DNA of 64,000 nucleotides, from contig CM074806.1 in the NCBI GenBank assembly GCA_037447605.1, forward strand, positions 3,534,001-3,598,000, given 5' to 3'. Origin of the DNA: Zygnema circumcarinatum SAG 698-1b (lineage: Eukaryota; Plantae; Zygnematophyceae). Shown here piece after piece: positions 23,901-37,029 of the stretch (position 1 is the stretch's first letter; each line of letters starts with the position of its first letter). The translations under genes and the position numbers were made by a program. A model generated the notes under the pieces. The model saw only the letters and a program-made list of their open reading frames with translations. It was not told where the DNA came from and ran no database searches.

Positions 23901-26900
23901 CGCAGATCGAGTGGCGGTCCTTGAAGGGGAGCTTCTCCGCCGCTGCTTTGTGGGCCTATTGCCTGCCAACGCGACGGACCAACAACTACACAATCATTTT
24001 TCGCAGTGCGTATACTTTCTTGCTTAGCATATGTGCACAACCATGCGAATCAGCTCAGTTGAAGCTTGCGATCGCTGGGCTCATTTGCAGGGAACCGGGT
24101 GATGTGATTCCATGGATGGTCTGTCGTGATAGCTCGTTGTGGAGGAAATGTGCAGATTTGGGAAGGTGCGAGAAGTTTTTCTGCCGAAGCCGAATAGAGG
24201 CTTCGCATTTGTGACATTTGAGACAGACGAGGCAGCACGAGCCGCTCTCGAGGTGAAGAGTGTGCTACTTCATGTTCTGCAGGGGGGATACTCGTCAATG
24301 GGGGGGAAAGTGACTGCATGGAAGCTTTAGTGGGCTGATCAGGGCTCCGACATTTCCTTGACTATTCATCTGGTCTTAAGTTAGCAAACCCTGGCAATGC
24401 AGGATTTAGGCTCAGTCTGCTGCATTCAGAAGATTGACGAGGTGAAGTTGTCGCCCTTGTCTTCCGTAGTCCTAAGCAAAATGATGGCCCGGTCCTCGCA
24501 GGTAGAGCAACACGAAGTGAATGGAGTGCTGCTGCAAGTGAAGTCGCCAACACCAAAGCAACCGCCACTGAACCTGTCAGACACTGCACCTCGGCGGTCT
24601 ACTTCTCCTACAGGGTCAGCTATATTCCTACAGATGCTTGCTGTGGAATTTGCTCATTTTTTGAATTGCTTGTCACTGAGACGTGAGAAGTGCAACGGTC
24701 TTCATTTATCATCATAAGGAAGGGACTTCAATAGCTGCCTGTGAGGAGACACGCCGACCTGTTGGGCTTGGTTATTTGACAGTATCCCTGCTTGGAAACT
24801 TGTGTCTGAATGTATCTAATCAGGCACTTCCTTGTTTTGCACAGCGTGTTAAAAATTTGTGAAGTCTAATTTATGATGGAGTTAGTGACATTAATTTCCC
24901 ATAAAGACACGTTCACAACACCTATGTGCCCTGAAAAAAGGTGTATTGTTTCACTCTTGGGTAACTATAATGTAACAAGTGTGCCAGACCAGACTTTGTC
25001 TCTGCAAAGTGCGGAGGAGTCGCAGCACGCTGAAGCTTGCGGTGAATCTATTTGGCTGCAGTTTTCGCACGGACTGGTTTCTGTTTGGTGTTTGATATCT
25101 CGTGATTAGGACACAGATGCCGACTGAAAAATCGAAACGACTTTCTATTCTACTAAAAACGATCAGTTACGCACTAACGAGTGTCGACCTACGTGATGTC
25201 CTTTTGTTCCAGTGAAAAATGTCTAGCATTGGAAATTAGAAACTTGCAAGGGTGGTCATGCTCTCTCCTCCTATCTGTCTGTGCAGGTCCGTGGGTTCTG
25301 CAAGTTCCCGGGGTTCAAGTTCCGCAGTTCGCCAGAGAAGCCATGGCGGCGCGGGCCGCTCCCCCAGTCCTGCAAAGGGGATGAAAGCACGGCATCACCG
25401 GACTCCTTCTCCCGCCAAGTCAGGGAGCAGTTACTCGGGGGGGTCTTCGCCAATTGTGAATGATACGATGCCAGGTCAGCTGAGGGCAGGCGGGCCTGCA
25501 AGTTTGTGTCTCCTCCGCACATTCAACGTTTCAGGTTTTCTTGATGTAGGCTTGAGATCGTCCGAGTCTCAGTGATCTATGCGAACGAAGAGGTGTGCTT
25601 CGGGAAGGGAGTGCTTGTAGTTGTTGCCATAAGCATCAATTCATCAACCAAACAGAAACCCCCCTGCCTGAAGGTCGCTTGGCATGTCTTTACCAGTACA
25701 TCCCATGAATCTGCTCCCTAATGCGCCACCTTGGCATCATCTTGTGGGCTGTTTGTTTTTCAGACATCTCCAACCTCCCCTTGCCCCTGCATGCGAGTGT
25801 GGCGGCTATGCAGCAGCAGCTGCAAGCAGCCCAAGCGGTGCAGCTGCAGGCCCACATGGCCCAGCTTCAAATTCAGGCCCAACTGCAAGCCCACATGGCC
25901 CAAGCAGGGGCCTACTGCGGGGGGTTCGGCCCAGGGATGGCCCTCCCAACCCACATGCAGGATCATCTGCATCATCATCCTGCTGTCGGAATGATCATGG
26001 CAGGAGTGGGGCCCAATGGTGGAGCAGCGGGTGAAACTGATGCATCGACCGGTTTTGAGCAATCAATGGAAACGATGTTGCCGATGGGGTCTCCCATGGG
26101 ACCAAGCTTTGGACCAGGAATGGGAGGGGCTATGGGGGGAGGGATGGGAGGTGGCATGGGTTCACCCATGGCGGGCATCATGGGCCCGGGCATGGCCCAC
26201 ATGAGAGGCATGGGGCCAGTCCATGGGTACGGTATGGTAGGGGGGATGCATGTGCTGCCAACTATGCAGGGTGGGCCTCCCATGCACATGGGAATGCCCG
26301 TTGGTGTGCCACCTGGCAGTAGTATGATGTCTCTCCAAATGGGTCCACAAACGGTTGGACCCTTGAGTCACCAAGTCAGCCCGGCTAGCCAAGTGCCGCA
26401 GCTGTTTGTTAGTAATCTCCACTTCAGCACGACATGGCAGGTACGACATGGCTGGCAGACTTCATTGACCTATAGACCCACATTCTGGCAACTCTTCCCA
26501 AAGCAACATGCAGTTAAAGGGGGTGCTGCTTTATACGGGCAGACCATACAGAGCACTCTAGGGCAGGTTTCTCGGAGTTTCTATACAGAGGATGAAGGTG
26601 TGGAGTTGAGACGTCCGCATTGGATGATGTGATGTGTGCAGGAGCTCTGTGAGTGGTTAGGACAGTATGGTGCTATCATTCGTGCCGATATGTTGAAGGA
26701 TGACAAGGGCCAGCCGCGGGTGAGTGCCTCTTAACCTCCACCATTTGTGAGCTTCAAATTTCAAGTATGACTTCCAAAAGCAGTTTAAATAGTGCCAGCT
26801 TACTCTTCTATTCCTTGTACCGATCTCAATTCAACATACGAGTTGCTTATTAATGGGAATTTGAAAGATGGAATTTCCTGCTGAGAGTTGAATGAGTGAG

Positions 26901-27521
26901 TCGGACAAACCGGTAGTTGGTGATTACGGGAGGAGCTTTTGTCGGGTTCCTTCACCCGAAAAAAGGGATGTGGTTCTCAATGAAGTTGCGCCGAACTTAC
27001 ATTGTCTGCAGGGAAAGGCCACTGTGCGGTTCAGTTCGATCGCAGACGCCACCGCGGCAGTGAGCAGCCAAACTTTTCATATCACTGTTTTTATTGTTTG
27101 CGCTGCTGAGCTTTAGGAATGGCATCCTTCTTCGTTGGACCCTTCTTTGTTGACAATGCTCCCTAGAAGTGCCACTTTTCTACTTTTCTGCTTGTTTTGA
27201 GGCACAGCTCGATAAGTTATGATGAGGTGAGGACTTCCCACCGCATGCTGTAAGGTCTTGCTGAAAGACTGCCTTTGATGACATTTTGCACACTTCTCTT
27301 GACACACTATGAATATGCATTGGAAGCAGAATGACAGAACGGCTGACACGTGCGATGGAGCAACCCCCCCTGGTGGTTTGATTGCAGATGACGATGGCAA
27401 ACAACCAGATGTTCAAGGGACGGCAGATCTCTGTAAAGGTAGACAGCACAGCCCGCGCGTAAAGCAGCAAGCAATCACGGCCAGGAACACTGTTTTGGAG
27501 GGCCTACACTTGATGGCATGA
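20994..27521 (+). CDS. RNA-binding protein: acidic disordered N-terminus, tandem TDP-43-like RRM1-RRM2, Ser-rich linker, Gln/Ala then Gly/Met/Pro low-complexity region, C-terminal RRM3
   Basis: Phase-consistent exons: GDLCIRGLAWCTTEDSLRTYFSQFGE / VSLCAVKTGSDGRSKGYGFVNF / DVTSVDRVLQQTHVIDNRQ / VEVRPP..RRCFVGLLPANATDQQLHNHFSQ / FGKVREVFLPKPNRGFAFVTFETDEAARAALE / VEQHEVNGVLLQVKSPTPK; low-complexity exon 25764-26439 ending LFVSNLHFSTTWQ / ELCEWLGQYGAIIRADMLKDDKGQPR / GKATVRFSSIADA. The exon 1 donor and last-exon acceptor are uncertain. Confidence 0.85.
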
Positions 27522-28140
27522 CGAAGCCATTGCATGTTTCAAGTTGAAAGCAGGGTCGCAGTTCAATGCTGTTATTGAAGGCTGTGAACCCATCATGAGA
27601 GACACAGTATGGTGAATTGTACGTTCGATCCTCCCCAGAGTTTCCCCATTGGAAGCTGACGAGCTTGAGCGCCTCTGAGCATCAGACAAGGCCTTGTCCA
27701 TGGTCGTCATCCCCGCGAGGAACGCCATCACCGGCGGTGTCAAGTGCACGAAGTGTCCTTGATCGCTGCCTGTCAAAAAAGACGTTGCCTTTGTTGGCCA
27801 GCTGTAGTTCGTGCAATGCCCAAGAGTAGTTCGCACGTGGCTCACGTAGGGGACATTCTTTTTTTAATTATTTTATGTTATACTTGCATTTTTCATTCTT
27901 TTTTTTTGGTCCAATACACTCTCGTTTACCAATTTCCTTATTTCCATTTTTGATTTTGTTTCTATTTTGCAGAAGTGTATTTTTTGCATTTTGTGACTTC
28001 CGTTGTCAAGAAAAGGAATGTTTACACTCGAACTTAATTCGCTCTTGTTGTTCTTGATGCAGTCATATGTTGGCTTACTGTTAAGGAAAAATAATTGGTT
28101 TGTTGCTGCGGTTGGCTGCCTCTGTGTAGTAGCGGACTTC

Positions 28141-28570
28141 AAATCATTGACAACTGTTGCCCATTGGTTGGTGGACCGAGCCAGCCATTGGCAATGGTTG
28201 CGAGCATTGCTTAGAAAGCCAAGGCAACCGCTGTCTGCGGGCACAACCAGCAGTGACATGGTCGACTACCAGTGGTTGGCAATGATTGCAACAATCGGTT
28301 TGCCAATGACTGCAACTGCTGGTTGGCAATGTTGCAAGTCACTCCCACTCATTGATTCGGTCCGGCAACCAATGGTTGCAACCATTGGCACTAATTGTCA
28401 ACCATTGAATCGACTGGTTACAACCCCACGGAAGCGGTTGGCTAGGTCCGTCAGCCAATGGTTGCCACCATTGGCAATGGTTGTGTTAGCTTGCTACTCA
28501 ATGGTGGCAACCATTGCCAATGGCTGGCTCGTTTCGCCAACCAATGGTTCCAACCGTTGAATCCAATGAT
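28141..28570. repeat. Foldback-like inverted repeat built from CCATTGG/CCAATGG subunits
   Basis: 28161-28201 is the reverse complement of 28507-28547 at 38 of 41 positions, with many internal CAACCATTGG-type motifs. Confidence 0.8.
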
Positions 28571-29683
28571 CGCCGATCATTGATCGGTCATCCCAGCCAA
28601 AATACCACCCGCCCGCCGCCGTGATCGTCCAGCCCGTGCAAGACTGCCACGTGGAAGACCGTACCCATTGACCATTACGTTGACTTCTCGCCACCGAATA
28701 TTCCACAATCCGATATTTCAATATGGCCTGTGCTGACGTCAACTAGATCACGCGGCAGTGTCCCATAAGCTGGAAATCGAGCGTTTTCAGGTTTCTGTCG
28801 TTTTCCGCGGCCCGTCCTCCCAGGGTGCCACGTGGCATCCGTCCTTTACGGTTGCCCAGGCGGCGGCCCTGATTGGCGGCGGGCGCGTGCCGGGGCGGGC
28901 GGGGACCCTTGTCGCATTTGGCGTCGGGCGGCTGCGCCTCCTCGCCGACGGCGAGCGCGGACAAACGGACGGTTAAGATCGCCCCCCGCGACTTTATCGG
29001 ACGCTCTGTCACGTGGCCCCTCCGCTGGTCGAACGGCACTCGATAAAGTCACCGTCACGTAGCGTGACATCGCGCCGAGCGTTGTGATCGTCAGCGAACT
29101 TGCTGTCAAACATGGTCCAATAGTGGAACGCCACGTGTGAATTTATAGACGTGGCAGAGTGTGTTTGGTTGAATGGTCGACTGTAGCTCGCAATGGAGAA
29201 TGGACATCCGTAGTGGCTCGATGGATGGATGGCGCAAGTCGTATCATGCGCATACATGCCATGCCCTGCCCTGTCATGCCATGCGGCTGCCCTTGGCTGG
29301 GTGCACTCAGCCAGGCGTCGTCTTGAAAGTGGGGAGAAAGGCTGGCGGGGCTGCAGGGGGGGGTTGCTGTCCGCGGGCTGCAGGATGATGGGACAGGCGT
29401 TATGGCTCCTATGTTGCAAGGACGGAGATATGTGCAGGAGGTCGACATGAGGCAGGCTTAGCTCATTTAGTGTGGATTATGTGTCCGCAAGCAGTCTGCT
29501 TGTGAGGAGTGAGTTAAGTAGAGCATTTCGTCGGCAACTTTGACGGCTTTGGAGAAGACCTTGTGTCTTGAGATTGAGATTTATTCATATTATATTAGGT
29601 TGCGAAGAGTAGGAATTTGGTAGAGAAAGTTTTGCGTTTCTGGTTTTGTAAAGCGATAGTCTTTTATCTGGTTTGGTTGCGGA

Positions 29684-32600
29684 ATGGGACTTAAGTCAAA
29701 ACATGTTTTGTTAGCTAGTGTGGAGGATCATGAGCAGAAACAAAGAGATCAGATGCCTGCACCTCCAATCAAACCGCAGACAATGGTGCGAGAGCTTGAT
29801 GAAAGGAATGACCTCTTGCTCGATTCAAAACTCCATCTGGAGGGAGTCGGGCCGCTAAACGTCATCTTGTCAAGCAAGACCATTACTTGGCAAGGAATCG
29901 GTAGAGCTGATCATGATGAGGTACGCCCATTTCTTTGCTGAATCAGCTTTGTAGCATCACTGGAAGTCCCAATTTACTTTACGGAGAGCAATTCGTGTGG
30001 AATTGGAGTTTCCATTACTTCAAGGGATGGGCTTGATTAAGTTCGCTTACCTATACGGACCTGCACAGAGTGCATAAGCCTCGAAGGCAGCTAGAATCTC
30101 GTGTTTGATTAGAGACAGCTTCACTCTCCTCTGCAATATACGAGTGGCCGTAGATTTTTCAATAGATTGAGTCATGCACAACGACGAGGAGCTATGGTTT
30201 TATGCATAACTCGAGAGGTTATTGAAAGGATATTCCCTGTTGTAAGCCACTTTCTCCTCGCGATGCTTCTTGGATTGGTTCGCAAGTTCGAAATACCGCC
30301 GTAGTGGGGATGGGATACAGTATCTTAATCGTGTCAATGGTTCTTACACCAATACTGTATGACTGAGGTCCCAGCGGTGTTCAGGCTTCCATACAATCTT
30401 GACGATTTTGCCCATTTCAGTATAACTTGGCATTCAGAGTTGACAGAACAGTGCACGCTGCTGCCCCATGCTGAAGCAGTTTGGCGGCAACAGGTAGTTT
30501 TGGCCGCTGTACAAGACACCAGACATACAAATTGGCATCTTTTAAGAGTTCAAGTTTTCGGCTGATAGCTTGACCCAATTCTTGACGTACTTTGCTTACA
30601 AGGGGAGCATACTCCAAGATTGGCGAAAAGGTGGATTCCCTTCTTGAGCAGGAAGGGATAGAGGGAAGGTCTACTTAGCCGAGAAAAGGAAATGCCGTAC
30701 ACACTAGAAAGAGGAGGCTTTTTTTGAGGCTTTTTTATAACCTTTACAGCTGGACACTCGCACGGCAGCAGCTTTCAGAAATAAGCTTTTGATTGCAGCT
30801 TGATTGTGTGATTCAAATGCCGATCAATGCTCTGCGGCCCGAAACCTTTCTTGCTCCATCGCTAAGAATGACTGACACTGTCGAAGTGCATGCACAGGAT
30901 GATGTTGCCTGTCATCAGGAGCTCCTTTCCTGCTTCAAGGAGGGAACTCGTTCCAAACGCATACGAGCTTATGGATCTCTCCCCCTGAACGAAATTTATG
31001 CTGTGGAGAAAATTGGCTATGGAGCTGTGGTAGCTTCAAAACTTTCCGCCAGCGTGGAAGGCCTTATTTCTCAAGTTCCGCAGGTTTGTCTTGATTACTA
31101 TATTCTACAGCGTAAAGAAGTCAAAATGGCCTGCTTAGCACTCAGCTTGGGCATTGGCATGCTCCTGATTTACCTCAAGAGATGTTGGTGTACACTTATC
31201 TGTCTAGCTGGAACGCTTTTGCCCCCGTCTTTGTTCACCTATTGCTGTTCTTCTGAGATAATGTCGATAGTTGCCCAGGAGCTTTGCACAAAACTGTCTT
31301 GGCTGAGGTCACTTCGGCGTCATGAATTTTGTGAGAAACGAGTGGACCTTATCAATTTGAACATGAAACTGAAACTTCCTGCATTGTCTATGAGCTGTGA
31401 GATTTTAGTTTTCATGTCTTGAGGAGTGTAGTCTGGAATTCTGGCCAGTTTAAGGCTCTTCTCAACTCTGTTCTTATGAAGGAAGTTCGGAAGTAAGTTG
31501 AAACACGACTTACGCATTTCACTTCATTCCCAGTCGGTTCAAAAGAAAATCTCAACATTCAAACCCTCTACTTCTATTCTTGTGATCCGTACTAGTGTCA
31601 TGCCTTTAGTCCAAGTGCGTGTTCGAATTCAAGCTCATAATGTGCTTAAGCTTCGCACATCTCATAAGCTATTTGATTCTAGAGCCCACGGTCCTGGTTA
31701 GACGCTCAGCAGTGGCTAGGATATTGCGCAAATAGACCGTCTCCTTCTATCCATTTGCCTACAAATATAAGAGCCTACGTCCTATTTGATACACAATTGG
31801 TCACTCACTGTGCAGGCGTGTGGCCCTGTTAATGTCGATACAAGTCTTCGTCAGCGCGCGTTTGGTGCTCGCACAAAACGGCGTAACTTGCCAATTGCTA
31901 CAACTTCAGAACAGCTTCGCCGCAGGATGCTTGTAAGGACAGGTCTAATGCACTGTTGATGTATTCGTCATGATGTCTAACGTTGAAAGCAGTGGGAGTA
32001 ATTCAGGATCCTGCGGTGGAGGCACCTAACTGCAGTAACGACTAGTTTGCAATGGGGATATGCTTCAGAGATAGGTCTTAGACGACTCCGCAGGAGGGGG
32101 CGCTCCTAGGCTTAACGGACAGGGGATTTCAGTCAATCCCACTTTCTATAATATTGTTCTTTTGGTCCTCTGGTTCTCGTCATCCCCGGGAGAGGATGTT
32201 ATAAAGCCTTATGTAGCGTAAGCTGTAGGTCCTGACATCATCTTGCGTCTAGTTGGCTGAATAGGGGTTGAGGAGTGTGCGTCTTTGAAGTACTTTTGTA
32301 CGACTTCACTTAGACGCTCCTCAATGTGACTTTCCGTGATTGTGGCTGGCAACCTACAGAGTCTGCAACGTGTGTTGCCGTTTAGGTTTCTTTATAAGGA
32401 AATGTCGGTGTCTTCTATGGAAAGACGCAGTCATTCATCAGGGCAAACTTGACATATGGGATGTGTCCTTTTTCTCCTTTCCCGATCTGAGTTGTGAAGC
32501 AGTCTTGCTGGCCCAGTCAATTTTTAGTGTTCTGCCTTCTTCATTGGCAATAAAACACGATAGGATTATTGAGATGGATGTTGGTGACTGTTTGTTTACG

Positions 32601-35600
32601 AGGTAGCTTAAGAATCTGAGAAAGCACAGAGTGCTTTTCTGATTATTGAACTCTGCAGAAAACAAAACTTCTGCTAAGTGTAGAAGATAGTCCTCTGAAA
32701 CGTCTTTGCTTCATCTCCGCTTATTCCAAGTACAATTGTTGGAATCTCTAAGTGAGATGGATGAAGGCAAACATCTGTGGCAAGGAGGATTCACATTGCA
32801 AGAAAGTAAAGCCAGCAGAATATTAACCTGATGAAGACTTTTCTTGCTGAAAGTGTTTTTTGTGACGCCTTTAATGTTCTTGCCAGTGAGGCGTCGTTAC
32901 CATGTTAACTGACCTACCTGGAAGATAGGCCTTCTGCCCTCGGAATCACTGACCAGTAGTGTCTGTCTGCTTGTGGAATGCAGTTTTATCGCTTCGTTGT
33001 GCACACCTTCGAACGAGCAGAGGACAGGAGTGGCCAATGGATACCGAGGGAATATCTGTTTGGGCACGAAAGTGAAGACGTCTGCAATTCCTGGATGAAT
33101 CGGATCAAGGACCTTCTGGCCAAGGACCAAAGTCGACCCCGGAAACTGCTGGTTAGCCTCACTGTCTCTGCTCCCAACTTGGCCTGACTACTAGTGTGTG
33201 GTTGAGGCTGAAACGATTCCCTTTCTCAGCCCTTTTGTTTTTGTTGTGTAATGTCCTCAACTGTTTTACGACACGCATTGCCATTTCAGCTGAGCGATTC
33301 CTGTTCTTGCATGACGTTTTTGGGCAGGTGATCATAAATCCTTATGGAGGGCGCAAGCAAGGCATTGCAAAATGGAAACAAGTGGCTCCCATCTTTGACA
33401 GGGCTGGAATTGAGACAGAGGTATGCATTTGCGTCAGTCCTATGTCAAGTTGAGACACTCGGAGGTGTCTGGGAAATCTTTCAACTGGAGTTTTTTCTTA
33501 TTTACAAAATCAAGTGGATACAGCAAGGGTGGTGAAAGCCTTTTTCACGACGTGCTAGCCCTTAGTGTTCCTGGTTTTCCTGATGTTTTCAATAGTTCAA
33601 TGTTGATAGCTGTTGAGAGTATTGGCACTGTATAGTAAATAATGCCAGAATTTCTCAGTGTGTAGTGAAGGGGACTTGTTTTCACTGCACCGAATCCCTA
33701 TTCTGGATGGATTGTTTGCAGGTGATTACCACAACACATCGTGGCCATGCTCACGAGATTATGGCGACGGCGTCAGATGAGGAGCTTCTGTCAAGAGATG
33801 GAGTGGTGGTTGTGGTGAGCGAAACCTTGCTGTAAAGGTGTTTGTTGGTGGAATATTTTCTGGTGCATGCAATATTGAAGGTCCGAATTGTGTCACTATT
33901 TCTTTTCTGAAGGCTGCTTGGCCTCCTGATAGCATTGCGAGCCGGTTTTTGCGCAACGGTGTTACACGCTTATCAACTGAAACCGGAAGGGACCATTTGA
34001 TGCTTTGGAGGATTGTGGCAGGGAGGGGATGGTCTCTTCAACGAGGTGCTGAATGGCCTGGCTATGAAGCGACATTCTGTACCGCCGGCTCCAATGCCAT
34101 ATAAACGAAAGAAGACCGGATCGCCACAGACTACAACGAGAACTTCCCCTGGAAATTGGGCTCGCGACGCTCTTCTACCAGTGCATTTTCGGACAAAGAG
34201 CAACCGGATCGTGAAGTTAGTTACCTCGTTATATGAAAAACAAGATAATCTTGCTGATAGTGAACCTCGGGGGATGATTAGTGGAAAGAGCAACGCTTTC
34301 AGGCCAGTCCCAACATCTCCCAGAAATCTCGAGAATGTTACAAATGTAACATCCCATGACGATGAGACATCACCACTCTCCAACTGGTCTGTGGAGGCAT
34401 TGCCTGTTCCTGTCGTCTCAGGAGACGGTGATGAAAAAGATGGATATCGAAAGCTGCCTTCGAGTAATTTAAACAGATTAGTGGAGCAGGGACAGGAGCA
34501 TTCTCTTGATGTTGAGAGGGGCTCTGCAAGTGGAAATGGTGGAGTTGGATTGCAGAATGTGTATACTGCCACGGATAATCCGACAGCCTATGCAGCGGCA
34601 GAGTCGTTCAGGACTGAACCTGTGATGAGCACGGACTCTCCATCCCAAGGGGAAAACCTTGGACGCGATACCCCTGGTCTTGTCCTCGCGCCTGATCTGG
34701 GGCTGACACTCAATAAACGGAAGTTGCGAATAGGGATCATTCCTGCAGGGTCGACTGACACGATTGTTATCAGGTATGAATGCGGCCGGAGAAGGCCATA
34801 CTGCCCAAAAAGCTGGAATGTCATGGACTGTGGAACGAGCTTTAGACCCCTGTGATGTTTGCTGAAGGTACGGATGCGAAGAGCACTTTTTCATGTTGCT
34901 TAATCTATGATGTCTGAGTGTGTGTATATTGTTTGCTTTTCCTCTGCAGTACTACTGGGAGTAGAGATCCTATTACAGCCGCACTGCATATAGTATTAGG
35001 AGATCGTATGCCTCTGGATATTGCTCGCATAACCAGCTGGAAATCTTCACGGTATCCAAACAAAGATGAAAAGAGAGCCGGGCCGACACAGGAAACACCA
35101 GTTGTACGTTATGCTGCCTCGTTTTGTGGGTGAGTGTCCATGACCGTTCAAATGCCTGGAGAAAATTAGGTGCTTAGAATCTCCATTGAGGGGATCCTAG
35201 GTCTTTCCTCTCCTTTTCTTCTGTCGAAAGCTGCGCTGGGCTGCAAATTGTCTTGTGGTAACTTGCAAGTTTTTAAAAAGGAGTCACATCCCCTGAGAAA
35301 CATGTTCTGTGTCTCCGTAATGCCAGTTATGGCTTTTATGGCGATGTTGCCCGTGAAAGTGAGGAGTTTCGGTGGATGGGCCCTGCACGATATGATTATG
35401 CCGGATTTATGACATACCTTCGGCACCGGTAATGTTGACCTATTTTTTTCAGGAGTGGCCTATGTTAATTCCTGACGTTTTCAGTTCATTACACGTGGTC
35501 CTCTTTTTCGTCTCTGCACAGTCAGTTCAGTTTGAGATTTGCCATCGGAAGGAATGAAGCGACGTTCCTGACTACTGGAACAAGATTAGAGAAGTGGATA

Positions 35601-37029
35601 CAAATCAATGTGCACAAGACAAGGAGCATAACTTTTGTGTTGCAACTCCTGAGTATTTTATTTGAACCAGTACTGGGGACTTGTTTGGATTTCAGTCTAA
35701 GTGACTTTGTGTGGCAGGATTCGTCCCAATTTTGATGGTTGATAGGTGAGCTGTTTGCAGGGAGTATGAGGCAGAAGTCTCTTATTTGGAGATGCCATCT
35801 GCTAGTCCTGGGACCGAACCTGCTATTCCTCATGGCCCTTGGCCGGGTGGTGCAGGTCGCCACAAGAGGTGTTCAAGCAATACCTTCTTATCTACAATAC
35901 CATGGTGACATGTGCTATTTGAAGAGGGCTTTACGTTATTTATTCCTATGTCATCATACTAATGCTTGCACCGATATTATGGCACCAATGTTAGGTTGCT
36001 TCTTTTAGGGTGGAGGAATGCACGGTGTCACATGGTTTGCATGGCCTTTTGAATAGCGTCTGCTATTTCTAACTAGGTGGCAGTGTCTGATGGGCAGGCG
36101 CAACGTGGGGCGAGTTATATGCCGTGCTGAATGCGTTGTGTGTGCGGCCGGCCGCGATTTCTCTCATCTCTCTGAAATTTCCAGCGATGAGGAGGCAGCG
36201 GGAGTCGCTCTCCAAGGGCCCAAGTGGCGGACAGTGAGGGGCCGTTTCCATAGCATTGGGGCCGCTGTAATGTCATGTCGAAATGATAAGGCGCCGGATG
36301 GGGTGGCAGCTCATGCTCATTTAGCGGATGGCCAACTCCACCTCATCCTCATAAGAGAATGCTCTCGCGTGGACTACCTGCTGTACGTGGCGGAAGCAGA
36401 GCGCTTCTTGTTTTCATCATGCCCCTCTCTAATGATGTGCACAGCATTTACTGTTGTATACTGTTCAGTGCCTCACTGAGCCTTAGCGTTACTTTCCTGC
36501 TCGACTCAAAATGGCCTAGAAATATGTACACAACCTTCTTTTGAAGGTTCTTATCCGTCAAGCAGCTTCATGGACGGGACCCTCCAAACCTTTCTGTGTC
36601 AAATTCGATGTGGTGTTAATCTATTTGCATGGGTCCATCTCGTTCCAATGCAGGCAATTGTTGAGACTTACGTGGAAGGGAGCTGACCCCTTGGACTTCA
36701 ACTTTGTGGATTATCATAAGGTAATGGGGTGGGGGTTTGATTCTACTGCTGCCCGTTTGCCTTTTTTCTTGCTGCTATTCCTTTTTATGCCGATAGACCA
36801 TGCTGCCTTTTGAATGTACCTACCTATGCCATGTTCCTGAGTGGTACCCATCAGTTTTTTTTTTTTTTTTTAATTTGAATCTTGTTTGCAGACGCCAGCA
36901 TTCACTTTCATTTCCCATGGAAAAGAAAGCGTGTGGAATGTTGATGGCGAGCTCTTCCCCGCCCACCAACTCTCGGCGCAAGTTTTCCGCGGGCTGGTGG
37001 ACCTGTTCGCGCGCGGTCCCGAGAACTGA
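29684..37029 (+). CDS. CERK: Ceramide kinase (PH-like domain plus DAGK catalytic domain)
   Basis: Exons: FYRFVVHTF..SRPRKLL, VIINPYGGRK, VITTTHRGHA, GGDGLFNEVLNGL, LRIGIIPAGSTDTIVI, TTGSRDPITAALHIVLG, YGFYGDVARESEEFRWMGPARYD, CRAECVVC, SCRNDKAPDGVAAHAHLADG and WNVDGELFPAHQLSAQVFRGLVDLFARGPE-stop (37027-37029). The CxxxCxxC motif and LFARGPE end are CERK hallmarks. Start codon tentative. Confidence 0.95.

Noticed and set aside
28100-28570. CRISPR-like repeat array (also considered for 61856-61950)
   Set aside because: No constant-length repeats with unique spacers, no cas genes, and a eukaryotic context.
27847-28767. Possible hAT-type TIR pair TAGGGGACA / TGTCCCATA around the foldback
   Set aside because: Only 8 of 9 bases match, and the flanks GGCTCACG and AGCTGGAA give no TSD.
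30793-31422. 209-aa ORF as a stand-alone gene
   Set aside because: Its 5' half is a CERK exon; the remainder is intron read-through after the VPQ|gtttgt donor.
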